DNA from: Chiloscyllium plagiosum
Lineage: Eukaryota
Reading direction: 5' to 3'
Assembly (NCBI RefSeq): GCF_004010195.1
Contig: NC_057720.1
Coordinates: forward strand, 12,537,139-12,559,464
DNA: 22,326 nt
How positions within the stretch are numbered: position 1 is the first letter of the stretch; every line of letters starts with the position of its first letter. Below the pieces are notes generated by a model that was not told the DNA's origin, ran no database searches, and saw only the letters and a program-made list of their open reading frames with translations. Below, in pieces: positions 1 to 11,230 of the stretch. A program made the translations under genes and the position numbers.

Positions 1-369
1 AAAACCTCCTGACCATAGAGAGTGAACTCTCAGCTGTCACAGGTCTGCATGCTTTCATTCTGAAGTGTCACTTCCACTGTCTTCAAATGGCCTCCATTAG
101 TGGTGATAGTTTCAGGCTCCCCACTTGAATTTTGTCACTTCCTGCTTGCCCAGGTACTGTTGTGCATTTTTCTTTAAACATAGTTAGCAATTTGAAAGGA
201 ATTGATTTTCTCTTTTTGAAATCATGGTTCAGGCACAGGCGGCACTACATTAAAGTGAGGGTGCAAAACAGCATCTGCAGTGTTTTCAGACTTATCCATG
301 AGTTCATGTTCTGCAACCACCTGTCCTTATTCTCTTTCATCTATTCTTTATAATATAACCACTTTTTCC

Positions 370-560
370 TCATGCCCTCAGCTAGCTACCCTTCAAATAC
401 TTCCATGCTATTTGTTGACTTCCACATTATCGCCATTTTCTGGGTAAAGAAATTTTCCTTGATTTTCATATGGGATTTATTAGTGAATCTTAAACATATG
501 GGGTTTGTTTCTTCCCTGACTCTAGCCATTTCCTACGTTCTCAAAGTCCATCACATGAAA
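370..560 (-). mobile_element. Old, highly decayed CR1-type LINE 3' fragment
   Basis: ttccacattatcgccattttctgggtaaagaaatttt resembles the antisense of the CR1 ORF2 C-terminal FFTQRVVxxWN region; boundaries approximate. Confidence 0.4.
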
Positions 561-1018
561 ATATAATTAAGCATTCTGTGAGATCATGCATCTTTTTATT
601 GTGTGATTGCGTGATTAAGTCATATGACCAAATATTAATTGAAACAAAGTTTTTAACAGCATTGTAAGTGCGAACTTATGGATTTAACAATTTATTTGCT
701 AACTGATGTTTCACCTCGTACAGCTGGAGTCACTGTCAAAAGCAACATTTTTATCTGTTAACTGTTTTCTGACATTTCTGGCAGCAATCTAAGATGGAGC
801 ACCAATGCACACCTGTTTGAATCATTCTGTTCATTCATTTATTTGCCACCTTTGGGAAATTGGCTGCTAGTCCACTTTGTCTAACAGTGGATTCAAATCA
901 AAATTTTTAAAATTGGCTATGAAGTGTTTTAGGCCATCTATATCGCGCACATTTTGTCACAGTTTTCTCTTTTCCTTGCTATGTTTTCACTTTAACTTAA
1001 TTTCCATTCCCTTGTTAG

Positions 1019-1131
1019 AAGCGATTGAACCAAGGTCACGAGGAGCCAGACCTGGTGGTGAAGCCAAGATTGGCACAGGGAGGGGCACATTACGATTACG
1101 TTCAAAGGGCCCTGCAACTGTTGAGGAATTG
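1019..1131 (+). CDS. GIPC2: GIPC-family PDZ adaptor protein, internal coding exon (third from last)
   Basis: Polypyrimidine tract and AG at 1017-1018, donor GTAGGT at 1132; 113 nt. Encodes (E)AIEPRSRGARPGGEAKIGTGRGTLRLRSKGPATVEEL, the conserved GIPC post-PDZ segment. Ends in phase 0, matching the next exon. Paralog assignment is tentative. Confidence 0.92.
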
Positions 1132-1443
1132 GTAGGTGCTATAAAACATCATTCAAGTATCAAGTATTCAAGTAGAAATGTTGTTGTCTTTCCACTGAAG
1201 ATAAGGAATTCTTAGCAATGCGTTAAATCCAATCCAGCCATGGATAGTATTGACAAATAAGGAGTGAAGCTCTCTGCTCTGACTCAATAGTGTGCCTCAG
1301 CCTGAACCTCCGATATGCTGCTGATAGTGTATCAGTTTGGCAACATGCAAGTATTCTAAAATTCCATTTTTCATGTCTTTCAGTCTGGGAGATTGTTGAT
1401 TCATGCTGAATAGAAGATAATTGTGTATTCAACTTCATTTGCC

Positions 1444-1529
1444 GTAAGAACATATTTTTCTGATAAAGACCTTAGAGGAAAGTTGGTTGGGACAGTTTGA
1501 AAATTGAGAAACCTTTGTTGAGATAGATG
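1444..1529 (+). repeat. Intronic ~90-bp direct repeat, copy 1
   Basis: gtaagaacatatttttctgataaag...gaggaaa...tttgaaaattgagaaac...tgttgagatagatg recurs at 2555-2644. Confidence 0.85.
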
Positions 1530-1861
1530 CTAAGATGCCATTTTTGTGTATGAAAAGGGCCACCAGACTTGTTAGAGAAAACGGAGGACAGTTTGCTGGA
1601 GAAGAATTGTGGGGGATAGGGTACTGATAAGGATAGATTCAGGGGGCCTCTAGTCATCCATCTGTCAAAATTGGAGGAAAGGGGTATGAGCCACTATTGC
1701 TGCTGCTTTCATATGGTAATGCATGGACATATAAAAATAATAATAATGATAAATAATTTCTTGGGCAGTTTTCTTCATCTCTGCATTGAGAAATATGGGA
1801 CAGTGTGTGCCCTGGACAACACATACCTAGGATAATTCCAGGATAATCCTAGAAAATCTTG

Positions 1862-1985
1862 CAAAAGCAAATTACTGTGGAGATCTGAAATAAAAACAGT
1901 GCTGAACAAACTGAGGAGGTCTGCCAGCATCTGTGGAGGGAGACGCAGAGTTAATGTTCAAGTCCTTTGACTGTTCTTTGGAATT
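1862..1985 (-). mobile_element. Penelope-like element terminal remnant with degenerate hammerhead motif
   Basis: Reverse complement reads ccaaagaa-cagtc-aaag-gact-tgaacattaactctgcgtctccctccacagatgctggcagacctcctcagtttg, homologous to 17389-17520. Confidence 0.7.
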
Positions 1986-2024
1986 GTTGAAATCCAAAAT
2001 TTTGGGATGGTTGGTTAATTTGTG

Positions 2025-2310
2025 ACAATGAGTTCACAATACTGGAGTATAAATATATGATGGTTATTGATAGATCAGATTGAGTTGAAGAACATTTCCA
2101 CAGATAGGTGAGAATTTTGAATTCATTGCAATGTGGAGTGATTGAAGCAGATAACGTTAACCCATTTATGGGGAGAAATGCTGCATATCTAATTAATACA
2201 GGGCAGGCTGAGAAAGATAGCCAGAGTAGAAAAAGGCTTGTATAGCTAATGAACACTGACATAGACCTAGTAGAGGACAAAGTAGCCTATTTCCATGCTA
2301 TAAATTCTAT
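2025..2310 (+). mobile_element. Old CR1-type LINE 3' end
   Basis: Decayed ORF2 C-terminus (RILNSLQCGVIEADNVN-like) followed by a CR1-like tail (gacatagacctag...gcctatttccatgctataaattctat). Confidence 0.55.
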
Positions 2311-2554
2311 TTAGTTATACAGTTCCATCAAATGGGCCGGATTTTAATTCAGATTTTATAGATTATAGGCTAGTGTCAAGCCACCCAGTTTTCATCCACA
2401 GTCTGTTGAAATTTCTAAGTTAAGGTAATTACAGTTGGTACTGCTGTAACACGTGTTTCTTCAATGCAAATGTGCTTTAAACTGATTGAAGAATGTAGAC
2501 TGTTTTTTGTGGAATGCAAACTTTCCTTACCTGTATTGTCTGTAATGTGATTCT

Positions 2555-2644
2555 GTAAGAACATATTTTTCTGATAAAGTAAAGACCCAAGAGGAAAATT
2601 GGTAGGGCATTTTGAAAATTGAGAAACTCTTGTTGAGATAGATG
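2555..2644 (+). repeat. Intronic ~90-bp direct repeat, copy 2
   Basis: Diverged copy of 1444-1529; the first 25 nt are identical. Confidence 0.85.
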
Positions 2645-3089
2645 TGAAGCCAATTAGTTTAAATGGCGTGGCTATTACACAAGATCGCACGAGAATGGTA
2701 CTATCGCATTATATCAGAACCAACTGTATTTATTAACTAATTTCTGTTGGCTTTGTGACCAATACCTGAACTTGTGTAAATAATGCCATAAATTAGTGGC
2801 AACGTCAGTTTACCTCATACCTTTAATGTAGTCCATATTACTTCACAGGAGCAACTTGACACTGGACAAACTTGCATCTGTACTTTATTGAAATGCGATC
2901 ACCACCGCAAAGATAATTCATTAGCTACAAAATTCATTTGAGAGATTTTGAGGTTTCAGTGGGAGCTTTTTTTGTATCCCTATAGTGAGAAGATTTTGTC
3001 GTTGTGCTCCTGTATTTGCTTTTCCATTTGTTTATCACTTGCAGCTCTAAGCCAATTGCCTTTTAACCTTGAACTTTCTTTAATCACAG

Positions 3090-3171
3090 CCCACTGAATT
3101 TGAAGAGAAGGCCATCGCTAAAGTTGATGATTTATTGGAAAGTTATATGGGTATAAGGGATACAGAGCTAG
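3090..3171 (+). CDS. GIPC2: GIPC-family protein, penultimate coding exon (GH2 domain)
   Basis: Acceptor ttaatcacAG at 3088-3089, donor GTGAGT at 3172; 82 nt. Encodes [27 protein letters not shown](A), nearly identical to the GIPC GH2 start. Not in the ORF track. Confidence 0.95.
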
Positions 3172-3570
3172 GTGAGTTTATTGCTATTGTGCATATTTTT
3201 GGAACAGTTAATCTTTAGTCAAAATGTTTCTCTGTTTTTCATGGTTACCTGCAATGTCACGTTCGAAGTGTTTCACTGGGATTTTGGGGTGTAATATGCC
3301 CACAATGTTTCAAAATGTCTGGTTATTTAAGGAAAATACTGGATTGCCTGAAGGAAACAATTTTGGGCCAATTTGAGTATTCTGCAACAATATACCTTAT
3401 TGTCTAAGCTGTGAGATGGCACCAGGTGACATGTTCTGGACAGAGGAAAGGCAAATTTTGACCTGATGTTGAGAGGCCCTTGAGAATCTCAAATACTTGA
3501 AACAGACGCCTGGTTCTATTTGCGTGCAAATGTATTGTTAAAATCTGTACCCATTTTTATTTTCGTGCAG

Positions 3571-3722
3571 CTGCAACCATGGTTGAAGTTGGAAAGGACA
3601 AGAAAAATCCCGATGAATTTGCAGTGGCTCTGGATGAAGCTCTTGGAGACTTTGCATTTCCGGATGAGTTTGTCTTTGACATTTGGGGTGCAATAGGTGA
3701 TGCAAAGAAGGGAAGACTTTAG
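3571..3722 (+). CDS. GIPC2: GIPC-family protein, last coding exon (GH2 domain C-terminus, stop TAG 3720-3722)
   Basis: Acceptor ttttcgtgcAG at 3569-3570; phase 1 fits the previous exon. Encodes (A)ATMVEVGKDKKNPDEFAVALDEALGDFAFPDEFVFDIWGAIGDAKKGRL*. NPDEFAVALDE is GIPC2-like. Confidence 0.95.
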
Positions 3723-5995
3723 TGCCAACATTTCTTTAGAGATCAGAGGACAGTGTTTGAAAACTCTTGGTTCACTGTTCCCTTTTTAATGTCAAATGGA
3801 CAATTAACTGTGTCGATTGAAAGTGGAAAGAATGCAGTTTTAATTGAAACAATTCATTTGCCCTATAACTGTCAATTCATGCTATTTCAGTCTAATTTTA
3901 ATAAATGCTTTTGGATTTCTAAATTAGAAGATGATAATCATAAACACAAGGCCATGGAAAATACAGCCAATGGATGAAGCACTCTTCATACTACACCACT
4001 CTGCCAGCAGTCATGTCCCCCCCCTCCAAATGCAGACTTGCCCCAAATGATTTGTTGGGGAAAAAGACATGCTGAGCTGCCTTGATCAACCCTAGTGCAC
4101 ACTCACTTTTGTTCCATGAGTATCGATTAATTTTTCAAGTTGCCTTCTCTCTCTCCCTGGTGCCTGCTGGAGATCAGCATTTGATACAAATATAAAGGAA
4201 GGTGACTGGGATTAAGATCAGTTTGTGCTTGCTCTGCCTCTACTCAGTTCACACAGTAATCAAAGTACTTATAACCTAATTGCCCATTTACCAATGACGC
4301 CGGTGAAGTGTAATGTGAGCAGGATACAATTCAAGTAAGAAATTACAGCTATAGATGTATTCAAAACTAAGCTTGTGTTAAAGGCAGCATGTGAGATTTA
4401 TGGAACTCTGGCTTGTTGCTTTTGGTAGCACTCTGAGGTGCAGAATGAAGGGTACTGTATACTCAATTATATAACAGCTTCCTATAAATATCCTGAAAGG
4501 CTGGCAACATCATTGATTAACCATAGCTGTATAAATTAGACCAAAGATTTTCTAAAATAATATTTTGCACACTCCAGTTGCTGAATCGAGTGGGGATTTT
4601 ATATAATGTTAAGCATTTATGGGTCTAACATAGTTTGACTCAAAGTATCAAGAACTGCAAACCAAGAAGTTTTTTTTATAATGACTACCTGGGTTTTTTA
4701 TGAAAACGTAAATTTACTCACCGCAGTGTGCCTAATGCCACATCACAGTGTTTTATAACCAAATTATTGATTTTGATCTTTGCATGAAATGTGGTACTAG
4801 AACTACCATCTGATGAGAATTTTGTTAGGGTTTCTGTTCACATATCGATCCAATACTTTCTACTTTGAGTTCATTTAATCTGTAAATGCCCATTGCTTGT
4901 TGATTTATATGAATGCAGCTGCAAATGTACTGAAATCACTTAGCTTTTCCTTGGACCAATATCCTCATCTGCCACAGTTCCTCAGTACCCAATATCTGAT
5001 TCCTTGGAAACTATTCTTTAATCCCAGTGATGCAGGGAACCTGGGAAATGAGCCAGAACTTCTTGGGAGTGTCATTATTGTATAACATTGTTGGTTGACT
5101 CAAGCTACATAATTATTTTTCCACACAGGTTTAGAACATTATAACTTTTAATGCAGTATATAATCTGATATAATTGAGATTGCATCATGCTTTGGATGTC
5201 TATAATCATTTATTTATTTAAACTTTTTATTCTGCATCTTGGTGAATTTGTTCAAGTTGCTATATTTTTCAGTGGTGTATTGGTGCTTAATCTATATTAT
5301 ATCTCTTTATCCATCTAATCATTTTACTGAAACACTTACCTCAAAAACTGCTACCCTAAAGCATTTAACCGTAGTGTGTTTGGGAGCCTTGCCCTCTCCC
5401 AACTGAAGTTTAAATCAACATTCCCAATTATTTGTTTCTCGAACTGCAAATATCAGCAGGTTTTGGTATTTCAATTCGGGATTTATTGACTAATAATGGG
5501 ATAGCACAATATGTCCTTTCCACCACTGTTCTCCCATGCCTCTCCCAACCTCCCAAATAACTTGGCACTTTCCGAATCCACATGCTCTCAAAATTGAAGC
5601 AGGACTAACCAGAGTCAAAAAGTAAGATGGCTTGACCTGCTCAAAACCTGGTGATTGCTTATCAATCAGTTTGGATAGCTCTGTTCAATGGGACCACTTT
5701 TTGTTTCCAATTCAACTAAATTTCTACTGTACTTGCATTTCCAGAAGAAATCAAACTATTATAGAATAACATAATCATCACTTTTCACAAAGGGTGTCAC
5801 ACAGTGGGGGAAAAGACATTCTGCCATTATTGTATTTCATAATGCAACAATGGATTACAATGACTACTTTGTCTAAAGCAATGCATGTGTGTGTGAACTA
5901 CTGAAAATTAGAAATTCGATTTACACTACATCAGGTGAAAATGTCTTCTGTAAAGATTATTTTCTATTAAAAAAATTTAAATGTCTTGTCTTGTG
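3723..5995 (+). other. Probable long 3' UTR of the GIPC gene
   Basis: AT-rich stretch after the stop with no recognisable transposon. Candidate polyA signals AATAAA 3900-3905 and ATTAAA 5966-5971, the latter followed by GT-rich tgtcttgtcttgtgtg. The end coordinate is inferred. Confidence 0.5.
5966..5971 (+). terminator. Candidate distal polyadenylation signal ATTAAA
   Basis: ATTAAA followed within ~10-30 nt by a GT/T-rich downstream element; near the end of the repeat-free stretch. Confidence 0.4.
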
Positions 5996-6424
5996 TGAAA
6001 AATGTTAATTTGATAAATAACTTTGCACAGAAATGCAGCTGTTGTGTTCTTGCTGTTAAGCCCATTGTCATTTCTTTCGTTCATCATAGTGTATCTTCAT
6101 TTCTGCAATACAAAATTTTCCACTGTTGGCTATTCTTAATGCACTCCCAGGTCAGTGCAGAGCGAAGTCTGCTGTATTCCTTTTTCAGTAATGTGCCTTG
6201 CATTTGCAACCTTTTTCATTGCTGGTTAATGTCCCATTGGCCAAATTTTGTGCAGCATCTATTTCAACTCTGGGATGACTCGAGGCCACTAAACCTCACG
6301 TTTCATAGACTGCTCTGAGTCCATCACTTTGACTTATCTCGAACTGAATTGGTCTTTTGCTGTTTGCAGTGCTGTTGTGTTCTTCACATAGCTTACATTA
6401 CATTACATTAATAGCCGACTTGTC

Positions 6425-6720
6425 TGATGGCACAGTATATTGTCCCTGCCTCTAGGTTGGAAGGCCCAGGTTCAGGTTCAATAAAGTGTGGAGCTGGAAA
6501 AAGCACAGCAGGTCAACCAGCATCTGAGTTATGATGAAAGGTCCCGACCTGAAACACTGACTCTCCTGTTCCTCTGATGCTGCTTGACCTCCTGTGCTTT
6601 TTTCAGCTCCACGCTTTGTTGACTCTGACTTTCCCACATCTGCAGTTCTCACTATCTCCAGATTCAAGTTCCACCTGTACTGGAAATGTATCATGACCTG
6701 TCTGAATGAGTTGATTTAAA
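6425..6720 (+). mobile_element. tRNA-derived SINE-like head interrupted at its B box by a PLE fold-back insertion
   Basis: A-box-like tggcacagtatatt and B-box-like ggttcaggttc; sequence resumes after 6671. Family not identified. Confidence 0.4.
6480..6657 (+). mobile_element. Penelope-like fold-back insertion (older) with degenerate hammerhead
   Basis: Inverted arms 6480-6528 / 6572-6620 (about 6 mismatches in 49 nt); decayed TSD ccaggttcaggttc (6466-6479) / ccagattcaagttc (6658-6671); homologous to 14222-14452. Confidence 0.8.
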
Positions 6721-7160
6721 ATACTTGCGTTATATTCAATCCCCACATCAGAGTAATTGATGTAGATTGTAACTGGCTGAGAACTAAGCCCTGATCCCTG
6801 AGATACCCACAAATTATGACTAATCCAAAAATGACCCCTTCATTCCTATTTTAGTTTTAGCTCCTAACCATTGCACAATCCACTGTATATATTACCCCAA
6901 TCCCAACAGCCTTAATTGTTATCGCCTCAAAACACTCTAGTCGATAAATCGAATGTAATTTTCCTTTCATACATCAGTGTTAAATTTGCCTCATCATTTT
7001 ATGATTTTTAAGAGCATGTTAGCATGTCTCTCCTAATAGATTTTAATATTTCCTCTACTACTGAGACCAGGCTAACGAGCTTGTATTTCCCTGCTTTTGC
7101 TCTCCGTCCTTTCTTGGATAATGCAGTTATGCTTACTTCCTTTCATCACTGTGATTGTTA
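6700..7160 (-). mobile_element. Old CR1 ORF2 reverse transcriptase remnant
   Basis: Minus-strand translations WVSQGSGLSSQPVTIYINYSD (cf. GVPQGSVLGPxLFxIYIND) and ITALSKKGRRAKAGKYKLVSLVSVV (cf. VTPLFKKG..K.GNYRPVSLTSVV). Confidence 0.75.
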
Positions 7161-7161
7161 G

Positions 7162-7568
7162 AATCTAATAGAATCTTAAAGTCATACAGCATGGAAACAG
7201 ACCCTTCAGTCTAACCAGTCCATGCTGACCATAATCCCAAACTAAACTAGCTCTACCTGCCTGTTCCTGGCCCATATCCCTCCAAACCTTTCCTTTTCAA
7301 GTACTTATCCAAATGTCTTTTAAACATTGTAATTGTTACCCACATCCACCAGTTCTGCAGGAAATTCATTCCACACATGAACCACCCTCTTTGTAAAACA
7401 TTTGCCCCTCATGTCTTTAAAATCACTCTCCTCTAACCTTAAAAATGTGTCCCCTAGTGTTGAAATCCCCCATCGTAGGGAAAAGATAACTACCATTAAC
7501 TCTATCTTTACCCCTCATTAATTATAAACTTCTATAAGGTCGCGTCTCATCCTCCTCTCCACTGAAAA
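7162..7568 (-). mobile_element. CR1 LINE 3' end (5'-truncated)
   Basis: Antisense ORF2 C-terminus (TRGHIFKVRG...RVVHVWNE) plus 3' tail gggtctgtttccatgctgtatgac; similar to 18915-19243. Confidence 0.85.
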
Positions 7569-7611
7569 GATTCTGGAAGATCAATACCAAGGTATTCACT
7601 TAAAATAAAAA

Positions 7612-7712
7612 TTCTACTGAAGAAAAACTGGAGACATTAACTATTTTTCTCTCCACAGATGGTGCCAGACCTGCTGAGTTTCTCCAGTGCTCTGTTTATT
7701 CATTTTAGATGT
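7612..7712 (+). mobile_element. Penelope-like element terminal remnant
   Basis: CTGAAGA at 7617-7623, then acattaactatttttctctccacagatggtgccagacctgctgagtttctccag, homologous to 17389-17520. Confidence 0.7.
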
Positions 7713-7739
7713 TTGTCATTTTAACTCTACTATTTTATA

Positions 7740-10700
7740 TAGTCATAGAGACGTTTAGCATGGAAACAGAAATCCTAAATTAATCTAGTCCCATTTGCTG
7801 GGACTAGCACCACTTTCTGTTTTCTATCTTTGAGCCAGTTCTGTATCCGAATGGCTAGTTCTCCCTCTATTCCATGAAATCTAACCTTGTTAACCAGTCT
7901 CCCATGAGGAACTTTGTCGAACGCTTTACGGAAGTCCATATAGATCACGTTCACCGCTCTGCCCTCATCAATCCTCAATCCATCAAAAAACTCTATCAAG
8001 TTCATGAGACATGATTTCCCACGCACAAACCCATGCTGACTATCCCTAATAAGTCCTTGCCTTTCCAGATACACAAGTCCTGTGTCTCAGGATTCTCTCC
8101 AACAACTTGCCCACCACTGATGTCAGGCTCACCTATAGTTCTCTGACTTTTCCTTACCACCTTTCTTAAGTAATGGCACAGTATTTACCAAAGCTATCTC
8201 ATGCTCCCTTTTTGCCCTCCCGATTTCCCTCTGAAGTATACTCCTACTGCCTTTATACTTTTCTAAGGATTCAGTCGATTTCTCCTGTCTTTACCTGGTA
8301 TATGCTTCCTTCTTTTTCTTACCAAAGCCTCAATTTCTCTTGTCATCCAGCATTCCCTGCACCTATCAGCCTTTACTTTCACCCTAACAGGAATATATTG
8401 TCTCTGGACTCTCGTTACTTAATTTTTGACGGCTTCCCATTTTCTAGCCATCCCTTTACCTGCGAACATTTGTCTCCAATCAGCTTTTGAAAGTTCTTGT
8501 TTAATACGTCAAAATTAGCCTCCTTCCAATTTAGAACTTCAACTTTTAGATCCAGTCTATCCTTTTCCGTCACTGTTTTAAAACCAATAGAATTATGGTA
8601 GCTGGTCTCAAAGTGCTCTCCCACTGACACCTCACTCACCTGCCCTGCCTTATCTCCCAAGAGTAGATCATGTGTTGCACCATCTGTAGTAGGTACATCC
8701 ACATACTGAATCAGAAACTTGTCTTGTACACACTTAACAAATTCCTCTCCATCTAAACCCTTAACATTTTCATCTATGTTTGGAAATTTAAAATCCCCTA
8801 CCATGACCACCGTATTGTTCTTACAGTTAACTGAAATGTCCTTATAATTTGTTTCTCAATTTCCTGCTGACTATTAGTGGGTCAATAATACAATCCCAAT
8901 AAGGTGATCATCCCTTTCTTATTTTTCAGTTCCACCCAAAAACTTTCCTGGATGTATACTTAGAGTATTCTCCCTAAGTTCAGCAGTAATACTATCCCTT
9001 CTCAAAAATGCCACTCGCCTTCTCTCTTGCCGCCCCACCCCAACCCCAACCTCAACCTCTTTCTATCCTTCCAACAGCGTTTGTATCCTGGAACATTAAG
9101 TTGCCAGTCCTGTCCATCCCTGAGTAACATTTCTGTAATTGCTATGATATCCTGGTCCCATTGTTCCTAACCATGCCCTGAGTTCATCTTACTTTCCTGT
9201 TAGGCCTCTTGCATTGAAGTAAATACAGTTTAATTTATTGGTACTACCTTATTCTCTGCTTTGTTCCTTCCTGCCCTGACTGTTTGTTTGACTCACTCCC
9301 TTTCCCAACTGTACCAGTCTCAGATTGATCTCTTTCCTCACTATCTCCCTGGGTCCCACCCCGGTCCTTCTTACTAGTTTAAATCCTCCCAAGCAGCTCT
9401 AGCTATTTTCCCTGCCAGTATATTAGTCTCCTGCCAATTCAGGTGCAATCCATCCTTCTTGTACAGGTCACTTCTACCCCAGAAGAGATTCCAGTGATCC
9501 AAAAATATGAATCCTTCTCCCATGCACCAGTTCCTCAGTCATGCATTCATCTGCTTTATCCTCCTATTCCTACCCTCACTAGCTCATAGCACTGGGAGTA
9601 ATCCAGATATTACTACCTTTGAGGATCTCCTTTTTAAATTGTCTAACTTTCTATATTCTCCTTTCAGAATCTCAACCTTTTCCCTTCCTATGTCATTGGT
9701 TCCAATGTGTACAATGACTTCCTGCTGGTCCCTCTCCCCTTTTGAGAACTTTCTGCACTCTCTCCGAGACATCCTTGATCCTGGCATCAGGGAGACAACA
9801 CACCATCTGCCTGTGCCTCTGACTAGAGTCCTCTATCACAATCGATCACTTGGAACCCGAAGTACCCCCTCATTGCATTAGAGCCTGACTTGATACCAGA
9901 AACTTGCCACTTTGTGCTACATTCGCCTGAGAGTCCATCACCCCTCCCCCACCTACATTTTCCAAAACAGCATACTTGTTTGAAATGGGGATAGCCACAG
10001 AAGACTCCTGCACTACCTGTATACTCCTTCTACCTTTCCTGGAGTTAATTCATCTACCTGAATTTATCTGCAGCTTTCCTCCCTTCCTATAACTGCCATC
10101 CATCACACCCCCAGCTCTTGTAAATTCCTCATTGCCTCTAACTGTCGCTCCAACCAATCCATGCGATCTGATTGGATTTACAACCAAACACACTTACTGC
10201 AGACATAATCATCAGTAACATTGAAACTCTCCCTAAACGCCCACATCTGAAAGAAAAAGCATATCACTCTACTAAAGGCCATCTTTGCTCCTTCACGATC
10301 TGTAGATCCAGAAAATAGCACTTTTTTTAGAAAATAATGTGCTTCAGGCTAACTTGGTACTTATGGTTTATATTTTTAAAATTCAATAGAGATAGATTTC
10401 AATAAAACCTAATCAAGACAGGCCACTATATTCACTATTGCAGACTTACAGCAAGGTTACACGTTAAAATCTATGTACTTATCTGTTCCTGTGTTGTGAG
10501 CTTTCCCACATAGGTTCCTCCGAGGTCAGATGTGAATTTTGCTATTTGTTAATTTTTTCTAGACGTACTCCAATGTCCAGGGATACATGTACTCAAACAG
10601 CAAAGGCAGTAATGGTGCAGATTCACTGCTGTGTCAGTTAGTATTGTAGGTTTCTTTCTCTCCCTCTCCCTCTCCCTCTCCCTCCTGACCATGTGCTCGG

Positions 10701-10904
10701 TGCCTTTGTCTGTTTTTGTTTCTTTTTTAAAGTGCTGTTGTTTTGAATTTTTTTCCCAAAGTTCCAAAATAGTGCAACAGCATGTAAAATAGTAATTGCT
10801 ACTCCTGGAATTTGAGAAAATCACCTCCACCACCTAATAAACCTCAAAAAAGGAGCAGCTCTACAACCACAATTTTTTCCTGTCCTCCATCTTAGATTAC
10901 CCAG
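7740..10904 (-). mobile_element. Decayed CR1 LINE with 5' UTR, ORF1, internally deleted ORF2 and 3' tail
   Basis: 5' UTR shared with the copy at 19504. ORF1 ATG at 10282 to ~9374 with esterase motifs (VIVHIGTNDI, KVVISGLLPV). APE endonuclease fragment (VMVGDFKFPNID...HDLLLG) at 8415-8810. RT fragment (SQHGFVRGKSCLMNLIEFF, IYMDFRKAFDKVPH) at 7810-8170. Tail at 7740-7800. Many frameshifts and stops. Confidence 0.92.
10655..10686. repeat. (CTCTCC)n pyrimidine microsatellite within the CR1 5' UTR
   Basis: ctctccctctccctctccctctccctcc read directly. Confidence 0.85.
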
Positions 10905-11169
10905 AATCCTTTTATCTTTCAGTCGAATTTCCCAAATGACATTAGCTAGCCTGCCCCTCATACCTTGGTACATTGTGTAAAGGGTACTCCATAAGCAATG
11001 GTGATGGAGGGCACCTGAGGCAGTTGCTGAGAGAAAGAAAACTGCTAGAAACCGTGTTGGTGGAAAGGCGAAACCCACAGGCTCATTCCAATGAATGCTG
11101 TGAATAGTTCCTCATTTATCTTTAATTTTTGGCACTTTGTGAAATGTGCCAGTGAAATAAAATCACCAT

Positions 11170-11230
11170 CCAACTTGGTCAGCATGGATGAGTTGGACCG
11201 AGGAGTCTGTTTCTCTGCTGTATGACTGTG
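11170..11230 (+). mobile_element. Short CR1 3' tail fragment
   Basis: ttggtcagcatggatgagttggaccgaggagtctgtttctctgctgtatgact is the reverse-complement homologue of the tails at ~7180-7230 and ~18930-18985. Confidence 0.75.

Noticed and set aside
877..1215. 112-aa ORF as a standalone gene
   Set aside because: Only 1019-1131 is GIPC-like and it is bounded by AG/GT splice sites; the rest is intron read-through.
1826..1852. Small inverted/direct repeat ctaggataattccaggataatcctag
   Set aside because: Too short to distinguish from a local slippage duplication.
3516..3731. 71-aa minus-strand ORF
   Set aside because: Antisense shadow of the last GIPC exon.
7775..8810. Reverse transcriptase and endonuclease ORFs as a novel RT-based system
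   Set aside because: Fragmented, frameshifted pieces of an ordinary CR1 ORF2.
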